Positions 58,152 to 64,000 of a stretch of DNA of 64,000 nucleotides are shown here, in pieces. The stretch covers positions 1,620 to 65,619 of the forward strand of contig DFOX01000016.1 of the NCBI GenBank assembly GCA_002376945.1, written 5' to 3'. The position numbers and the translations under genes are program-made. Every line of letters begins with the position of its first letter. Position 1 is the first letter of the stretch. The notes below the pieces were generated by a model. The model had not been told where the DNA came from, ran no database searches, and worked only from the letters and a program-made list of their open reading frames with translations. The stretch is from Patescibacteria group bacterium UBA3530. GTDB taxonomy: Bacteria; Patescibacteriota; Minisyncoccia; Phycocordibacterales; UBA2100.

Positions 58152-59662
58152 AGGTCATTCACTATCTCCACTTTTGCGCCAAGCTCTCGCAATCGTTCAG
58201 CAATACGTTCATAGCCGCGTTCGATTGAATAGACGTTCCGCAAAACCGAGACTCCCTCAGCGGCAAGCATTGCCAGGAGAATCACTACCGCAGGGCGAAG
58301 TGCCGGAGGACACACAACCTGTGCGGCTTTTAGTGTGGTTGGTCCGCTTACGAAGACTCTATGTGGATCAGCAAGTTTAATATCTGCTCCCAATCGATTC
58401 AGTTCAGTGAAGTAGAGTGCGCGTTCCTCCCATACCCAATCATGAATAAGAGTCGTTCCCTTGGCCTGTGTGGCGATTGGTACAAAGAAGGGAAGGTTGT
58501 CAATATTCAAACCAGGATACGGCAGAGGGTGAATCTTAATCGGGGAGGATTCGAGTGCAGGAGTGTGCATTTGTATATCAACAAGTTTTGTTTTTCCATT
58601 CCGTGCAAAATACGGTGCACTTTTCTCATATGATACTCCCATGTACGAGAGTTTGAGAAGTTCGATCTCCAGAAAATCAATAGGGCATCTTTCTATACGC
58701 AATTCAGACTGAGTAACAATTGATGCCGTGATGAACATCATTGCCTCAATGGGATCCTCGCTATTGTAATGAGTTACTTCCTTTTCTATTTCCTCAACTC
58801 CGTAGACCGATAAGGTGGTCGTACCAACTCCTTCCACACGAACTCCGAATTGTTGTAAGAGAAAGCAAACATCTTGTACTTGATAGTTTGGCGGCGCGTA
58901 TTTTATCACACTCTTTCCCGGGATGAGTGCGGCGATAAATAGCGCATTGATAGCGGCCGTATCACTTGCTTCATACATCACCACTTCAGCTGTGTGTAGT
59001 TTTTTTCTTGCACAAGCATAATGATTTTCATGTGTTGTAATGCGCGCACCAAATGCTTCAAGTACATGTTTGTGTGCTGCAATGGTACGATCGCCCATAG
59101 CACAACCGCCGGCATGCGGAAGGGTGAATTCTTTTTTGTTGTGCAAGAGCGGACCTAACAGCATAAGCACTGATCGCATCTTTCCTGCGGATTCAGCGGC
59201 AATATCTTGAATTTTGAATCGCTTTGGAGGTGTTATCTTCAGTGTATTCTTATCAGTGTTCTCAACACTAATACCGATACTTTTAAATACTTCGATCATT
59301 CTATGAATCTCCTCAATGCGCGGTATGCCATGCAGTGTCGTTGTACCGCGATTAAGCAAAGCGCCACACATTAGTGCGAGCGCTCCGTTTTTTGAAGTAT
59401 TGGTGATAGCAGTTCCGTGCAATTTATGCCCGCCCTCCACACTAAAATCAACTCCCTCTTTAATTCCCACAATTTGATGTTGTAATACGTCGCTCACTTT
59501 TAGTAACTGCGTGGTTGAAAGATTCTGGTCTCCCTTCTCCATACGAGCAACTGCGGATTGTGAAGTGCCGAGAGCATCAGCAAATTCTTTTTGTGTAAGA
59601 TTTTTCTTTTGGCGAAGTTCTCTGATGAACGTTCCAATCTTTTTATGCGATTCGTTTGTCAT
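58148..59662 (-). CDS. murA: XRE-type HTH domain fused to UDP-N-acetylglucosamine 1-carboxyvinyltransferase (MurA)
   Basis: The first ~60 aa ('IGTFIRELRQKKNLTQKEFADALGTSQSAVARMEKG') form a Cro/C1 HTH. The rest is MurA, including the active-site loop 'LPHAGGCAMGDR' with the catalytic Cys. Confidence 0.85.
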   Translation of the reverse strand: MTNESHKKIGTFIRELRQKKNLTQKEFADALGTSQSAVARMEKGDQNLSTTQLLKVSDVLQHQIVGIKEGVDFSVEGGHKLHGTAITNTSKNGALALMCGALLNRGTTTLHGIPRIEEIHRMIEVFKSIGISVENTDKNTLKITPPKRFKIQDIAAESAGKMRSVLMLLGPLLHNKKEFTLPHAGGCAMGDRTIAAHKHVLEAFGARITTHENHYACARKKLHTAEVVMYEASDTAAINALFIAALIPGKSVIKYAPPNYQVQDVCFLLQQFGVRVEGVGTTTLSVYGVEEIEKEVTHYNSEDPIEAMMFITASIVTQSELRIERCPIDFLEIELLKLSYMGVSYEKSAPYFARNGKTKLVDIQMHTPALESSPIKIHPLPYPGLNIDNLPFFVPIATQAKGTTLIHDWVWEERALYFTELNRLGADIKLADPHRVFVSGPTTLKAAQVVCPPALRPAVVILLAMLAAEGVSVLRNVYSIERGYERIAERLRELGAKVEIVNDL

Positions 59663-59726
59663 ATATCATATATGATATCACGCATTGACTTTGTCTAGTC
59701 ACTATTCCACATATATACTGGCAATC

Positions 59727-61610
59727 ATGTTTATCGTTCACGTCGCACCAATTCAAAAGCGCGCTATGGATCGGCTCACTTATTTTTCGGCCGAAGATCT
59801 TCCCATTGGATCTGTGGTAACAATTCCCCTGCGTAAAAAAGAGGTGCCGGCTTTGGTTCTCGCAACTGAAGACGCACAATCAATAAAGGCGGTTTTGCGA
59901 TCGAATATTTTTGAGATGAAGAAGCTGCCAAAACAAAAGGCACGCGCACTGTTTCTTCCCTCTTTCTTGCGAGCACTTGATACTACCGCCCAACATTTTG
60001 TCGCATCTCGCGGCGCTCTTTTGGAGCGATATGCACCGACTGCTATTGTAGCAGCAGCACAAAGAGGGGGTGTATGCTCTCCGAGCGAAACAAACAATGC
60101 CACCACTTTTAAGCAACACGTTCTCCAACTGTCACTCACCGAACGCATTGAAAAATACAAAACACTTATACGTAGTAATTTTGCACACGGCAACTCTGTT
60201 TTCGTGTGTGTACCAACCATACACCGGGCTCAATTTCTTGGTGAACAATGCAGTCGCGGTATTGAACAATATACATTCATACTCGAAAGCTCCCAGACAA
60301 AGAAGAAGCAGGTAGAAACATGGAATGCAATTCTTAGGGAGCGTCATCCGGTAGTGGTAATCGCAACGCCAGCATTTTTGAGTATACCGCGCGGTGATGT
60401 CTCCTTGTTCATTCTAGAGCAGGAAATGGCATCTTCATACAAACAACACTCTGTTCCTTTTTCAGACGCACGTACATTAGTCAAAGCGCTTGCTCGAGAG
60501 ATACCGGCATCGATTCTGTATGCTGGAACCACGGTGAGTACTCGTGTGCATAAGGAGATGCATGATGGGTTCGCTACTGCGCTTGAAGAACATGCACGAA
60601 AACTACGTACGACGAGCTCTGTACAAATTATTGATGCGAAAAAATCACGTGCACAGGCCGACAGAGAGTTTCCGGTACTTACCAACGAATCTCTACAACT
60701 ACTCGCCTCATGCACAAAGGAACGAGGAAATATTTTTGTATTCGCTGCCCGCAGGGGTATCGCCACACAAACCGTGTGCAACGATTGTAGCTTGCCAGTG
60801 AAATGTCCTTCCTGTAAATCATCTCTTGTTTTGCACGAACAACGAGGAATTCGAGAACTGCTCTGTCATCGCTGCGGAATCGCACAAGACGCTCACACAC
60901 GATGTGTCCATTGTGATAGCTGGAACCTTGTACCGTTGGGTATTGGTATTGAGCGAATCGAGGCATATGTGAAGAAACACTTACCGGATACGCCCCTCTT
61001 TGTTATTACCAGCGACCGCACCAAAACGCCAAAGCAGGCGCTTGAAGTAGTTACAAAATTCTACCAAACACCCGGGAGCATACTTATCGGAACTGAAATG
61101 GCACTGTCACACCTCACCTTGCCAATATCGTGTAGTGTGGTGAGTTCTATTGATTCTCTGCTATGCATACCTGATTTTGGTATTGAGGAGAAAATATTCG
61201 GAATTATCGCTACTTTACGAGAGCGCACAAATCGCATTCTTCTCATCGAAACAGCCAATATCCAAAACGCAATGCTTGAGTATGCAACAACCGGAGCACT
61301 TTCAGAATACGCTGATACAGAATTACGGCTGCGAAAAAAGTTGCGCTACCCGCCATATGTCACCCTCATACAAGTTGCGTGTATCGGTACTCGCGCAAAG
61401 GTGATCGACGATATGCAATCATTTGTGGAGATTACAAAGAAATACACACCTCGCGTGTTCTCCGGATTCATTCCCAGGGGTCGTCATGTGGAATTGCGGG
61501 CACTCATTAAAATTTCGACTGAGCAATGGCCTGATTCTGAACTTGTCGGTATTTTGCACTCGCTTCCGCACTCATTTACCATAACCGTTGATCCTGAGAG
61601 AATGTTGTAA
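59727..61610 (+). CDS. priA: Primosomal protein N' (PriA)-like, with degenerate ATPase motifs
   Basis: N-terminal 3'-DNA-binding-domain-like 'IGSVVTIPLRKKEVPALVL', a retained 'SSYKQ' motif, and a C-terminal C4 zinc-binding cluster ('CNDCSLPVKCPSCK...CHRCG...CVHCDS'). There is no GSGKTE Walker A, and DEEH is replaced by LEQE. Confidence 0.7.
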   Translation: MFIVHVAPIQKRAMDRLTYFSAEDLPIGSVVTIPLRKKEVPALVLATEDAQSIKAVLRSNIFEMKKLPKQKARALFLPSFLRALDTTAQHFVASRGALLERYAPTAIVAAAQRGGVCSPSETNNATTFKQHVLQLSLTERIEKYKTLIRSNFAHGNSVFVCVPTIHRAQFLGEQCSRGIEQYTFILESSQTKKKQVETWNAILRERHPVVVIATPAFLSIPRGDVSLFILEQEMASSYKQHSVPFSDARTLVKALAREIPASILYAGTTVSTRVHKEMHDGFATALEEHARKLRTTSSVQIIDAKKSRAQADREFPVLTNESLQLLASCTKERGNIFVFAARRGIATQTVCNDCSLPVKCPSCKSSLVLHEQRGIRELLCHRCGIAQDAHTRCVHCDSWNLVPLGIGIERIEAYVKKHLPDTPLFVITSDRTKTPKQALEVVTKFYQTPGSILIGTEMALSHLTLPISCSVVSSIDSLLCIPDFGIEEKIFGIIATLRERTNRILLIETANIQNAMLEYATTGALSEYADTELRLRKKLRYPPYVTLIQVACIGTRAKVIDDMQSFVEITKKYTPRVFSGFIPRGRHVELRALIKISTEQWPDSELVGILHSLPHSFTITVDPERML

Positions 61611-61674
61611 TTGAATCATTATCGTACGATTGTCACCGCTTTTTTTATACAAATAATCACGGTATAGTTTTTCC

Positions 61675-62202
61675 ATGAGAGCAATTGTATACAGAGGAGA
61701 TTCGATATTGCAGCGCATTGCAGAAGAAGTCCCTTTGTCAGAAATAGACAGCGCACAGATACACGAAGTAATACAAGATATGAAAACCACGCTGCACCGA
61801 GAAAAATTCGGTGTTGCCATTGCTGCTCCGCAAATTGGTATTTCTTTGAGAATATTCGTGGTTGGTGGACATGTCTTTGCATCACGAAGCGGTGAAGAAT
61901 TCGATCCCAAAGTACACAAGGATCACGTTTTTATAAATCCGGAGATCGTGAAAGCATCAAAAAAGACTGTGATTGGAGACGAGGGTTGTCTTTCGGTTCC
62001 GGGAAAGTATGGGACCAAAGTTAAGCGAAGCGAAAAGGTAACGATTCTCTACTATGATGAGCGGGGCAAGTGTCACACACGTGGTGCGTCAAGCTTTTTG
62101 TCACGTATCTTTCAGCATGAAATTGATCATCTCAACGGCATTCTTTATATCGACAATGCTATTGAAGTTATCGATGTAGATGATGAATTAAAACCTATTT
62201 AG
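61675..62202 (+). CDS. def: Peptide deformylase
   Basis: 'GVAIAAPQIG', 'EGCLSVPG', and 'HEIDHLNG'. Confidence 0.9.
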   Translation: MRAIVYRGDSILQRIAEEVPLSEIDSAQIHEVIQDMKTTLHREKFGVAIAAPQIGISLRIFVVGGHVFASRSGEEFDPKVHKDHVFINPEIVKASKKTVIGDEGCLSVPGKYGTKVKRSEKVTILYYDERGKCHTRGASSFLSRIFQHEIDHLNGILYIDNAIEVIDVDDELKPI

Positions 62203-62686
62203 AAAATTCGTGTGATAATTGATCATACTCTTGGGTATCATACACACAAATGCCATTCTCGTGCCAAAGCACAAATTCCGCCAATCCAACATCAAGGGAC
62301 ATTTTGCTGCAGATAGTGCAATATGGTTTTCCAGATTTGAGTATGTGCCCATGAGCATCAACTCGAGTAAAATATATGCGTGCTCCGGTTAATTCATTAG
62401 GATTAGTATGTAATGCATCCATTATAGCTCGTTGTTCAGCGTGTATACAGCACGTTTTATCGGTAATTTTTTCCTCATATGTTTGCTTTTCTTTATCACA
62501 ATATCGGTGACTCTCAAATTCACCCGGAGGACTATTAAAACCCGCGCCTATAACGTGGTTATTTTTTACAATAATACTTCCACACCGTGCTCGAGTACAT
62601 GTCGCAGCAGAAGCTATCAATGCCGCTTGTTCCATGTATGCACTTGCTCTCCTTTCTTCTGCCCCTTTTAGATATTTCATTATCAC
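62195..62686 (-). CDS. Cytidine/deoxycytidylate deaminase family protein
   Basis: 'CIHAEQRAI' (H-A-E zinc motif) and 'PCTICS' (PCxxC). It converges with def, overlapping by 8 bp. Confidence 0.8.
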   Translation of the reverse strand: MIMKYLKGAEERRASAYMEQAALIASAATCTRARCGSIIVKNNHVIGAGFNSPPGEFESHRYCDKEKQTYEEKITDKTCCIHAEQRAIMDALHTNPNELTGARIYFTRVDAHGHILKSGKPYCTICSKMSLDVGLAEFVLWHENGICVYDTQEYDQLSHEFSK

Positions 62687-62710
62687 ACTATACCTGATAC
62701 GCTAGTTAGC

Positions 62711-63568
62711 ATGAATACTAACATACAATTTGTCTTCTTTGGGACACCAAAGCTCGCAACCATCGTGCTTGACGAACTCAAGAAAAGGGATCTGCTTCCC
62801 GCTCTTGTGGTTACTGCACCCGACAGACCTGCGGGTCGTGGTATGCAAGTGGCAGCTTCGCCCGTTAAAGAATGGGCTCAAAAGCACAATATACCCACCA
62901 TTGAACCTGAGACGTTTGATGCACGTGCTGTGGAACGTATTCAATCTGTATCAGCGGACGTGTTCGTACTTGCAGCATATGGGAAGATCCTTCCACAAAC
63001 AATTATCACTATGCCCGCATTAGGTATTCTCAATGTACATCCATCACTCCTTCCGAAATTGCGTGGCCCTTCTCCGATACGAAGTGCAATACGTGAAGAT
63101 CATAGAACTGTCGGGGTTTCGATTATGTTACTTGACGAGAAGATGGATCACGGACCAATTCTTAAGCAGGAAGAATATACTCCAGCAGTATGGCCACCCA
63201 GCGCACAAGAACTTGGCGACTATCTCTTTCTCCGCGGAGGTTCACTACTTGCCGATGTGCTTCCCGCATATATTCAAGGAGAAGTTACCGCAATCCCGCA
63301 AGATGATGCAAAAGCCACCTATTGCCACCTTTTCAAGAAGGAAGATGGTGAGTTACATTTTGACGATGACCCCTATACAAACCTTCTTAAAATTCATGCG
63401 TATCAAGGATGGCCTGGTACGTACTTCTTTACCGAAACTGGTGTACGGGTGAAAGTTATCTCAGCGCATATGGAAAACACCTCACTCATAATCGATGAGG
63501 TGGTTCCGGAAGGCAAGAACAAAATGTCCTATACTGATTTTATTTCCAAAAGCGAAGCATCTTCTTAA
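62711..63568 (+). CDS. fmt: Methionyl-tRNA formyltransferase
   Basis: 'IQFVFFGTP', 'ILNVHPSLLPKLRGPSPI' (SLLP motif), and a C-terminal Fmt domain. Confidence 0.9.
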   Translation: MNTNIQFVFFGTPKLATIVLDELKKRDLLPALVVTAPDRPAGRGMQVAASPVKEWAQKHNIPTIEPETFDARAVERIQSVSADVFVLAAYGKILPQTIITMPALGILNVHPSLLPKLRGPSPIRSAIREDHRTVGVSIMLLDEKMDHGPILKQEEYTPAVWPPSAQELGDYLFLRGGSLLADVLPAYIQGEVTAIPQDDAKATYCHLFKKEDGELHFDDDPYTNLLKIHAYQGWPGTYFFTETGVRVKVISAHMENTSLIIDEVVPEGKNKMSYTDFISKSEASS

Positions 63569-63896
63569 TTTTTGCCCCTCCTTTGCGAAATGCGTTCTGT
63601 TTTTTATCCTTAGCACGACGCAACCGTCCAGCAAGTTCATCTTTTGCATTGTCAATCGCTGCAAGCATGGACTCTCCGTGCCCCACCGCATGCGTACGAT
63701 CAGCTCCTGCATGAATGGTAATATCTGCTCTAAATACTTCTCCTGATTGTTGATTCGCCTTTGAGAGTTCTACATCGACTTGCACATTTTCATCAGTAGT
63801 TGCGATGAGTTTTTGAACCATCGCTACTTTGGCTTCAGTGTAATTACGTATCTCGTCAGTCAAATCTATTGTGGGTGCTTTATAGTTAATTTGCAT
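63540..63896 (-). CDS. hpf: Ribosome hibernation promoting factor (HPF/RaiA/YfiA family)
   Basis: 'MQINYKAPTIDLTDEIRNYTEAKVAMVQKL', the typical HPF start. It converges with fmt, overlapping by 29 bp. Confidence 0.85.
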   Translation of the reverse strand: MQINYKAPTIDLTDEIRNYTEAKVAMVQKLIATTDENVQVDVELSKANQQSGEVFRADITIHAGADRTHAVGHGESMLAAIDNAKDELAGRLRRAKDKKQNAFRKGGAKIKKMLRFWK

Positions 63897-63931
63897 ATTT
63901 TTTCATCTATCTCTTAATGATTCCTCTATAT

Positions 63932-64000
63932 ATCATATCAACTGTTTTAATCCGTGCACGATGTCCTGCCTTAATAACAACATCAGACACTGGAACACCG
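63932..64000 (-). CDS. C-terminal fragment of a gene that starts beyond the window edge
   Basis: Open frame '...GVPVSDVVIKAGHRARIKTVDMIYRGIIKR*' ending at 63932. Identity unknown. Confidence 0.2.

Noticed and set aside
1-64000. CRISPR arrays, rRNA genes, IS elements or integrases
   Set aside because: No regularly spaced direct repeats, no rRNA-like conserved stretches, and no transposase or integrase-like ORFs were seen anywhere in the window.

Overview
This is a dense, mostly minus-strand housekeeping region from a small, compact bacterial genome, probably a Candidate Phyla Radiation (Patescibacteria)-like organism. I infer that from a class I lysyl-tRNA synthetase, short DnaX and UvrC, a degenerate PriA, very short intergenic gaps and several overlapping convergent gene ends. 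Recognisable content follows.

- **Translation and tRNA processing:** leuS, ychF, truB, serS, lysK (class I), proS, frr, def, fmt, hpf, a tRNA-dihydrouridine synthase (dus) and rsmH.
- **Nucleotide excision repair:** a uvrB-uvrA-uvrC trio clustered together.
- **Cell-wall and division genes:** a fragmented division/cell-wall cluster with mraZ-rsmH-ftsL-ftsI-murF, plus ddl, an ftsQ-like gene, mreB-mreC-mreD-mrdA and a second mreB paralogue.
- **Replication and DNA handling:** dnaX, dprA-topA, parB, a delta-prime-like clamp-loader subunit (holB-like) and a RecD/PIF1-like helicase.
- **Other functions:** a Rel (ppGpp) enzyme, an RND efflux pump with its HlyD-family adaptor, two peptidyl-prolyl isomerases, TspO, a CcdA-DoxX thiol-redox membrane pair, a HicAB toxin-antitoxin pair, rseP, and an XRE regulator with a small membrane protein.
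- **tRNAs:** four tRNAs identified by hand: Ala-UGC, Gln-UUG, Leu-CAA and Glu-UUC.

I could not recognise a large, obviously novel multi-gene system. The most interesting items I could support are these:

1. An orphan sigma70-like promoter, a highly structured transcript of about 165 nt and an intrinsic terminator sit directly upstream of ychF. This looks like a candidate riboswitch, attenuator or small RNA.
2. An XRE-type HTH domain is fused to MurA.
3. A PriA-like protein has lost its Walker A and DEEH motifs.
4. An NlpC/P60-like gene lacking a signal peptide lies between two tRNAs.
5. DoxX carries a tail with 9 cysteines and sits next to CcdA.
6. An RNHCP zinc-ribbon protein is present.
7. 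A nucleoside-deoxyribosyltransferase-like gene lies next to a roughly 400-bp non-coding stretch with five GATC sites in about 50 bp.
8. Two GTGGGA repeats with 10-bp spacing and a perfect DnaA box lie upstream of mraZ.

All calls come from reading the sequence and the ORF translations; no database searches were run.
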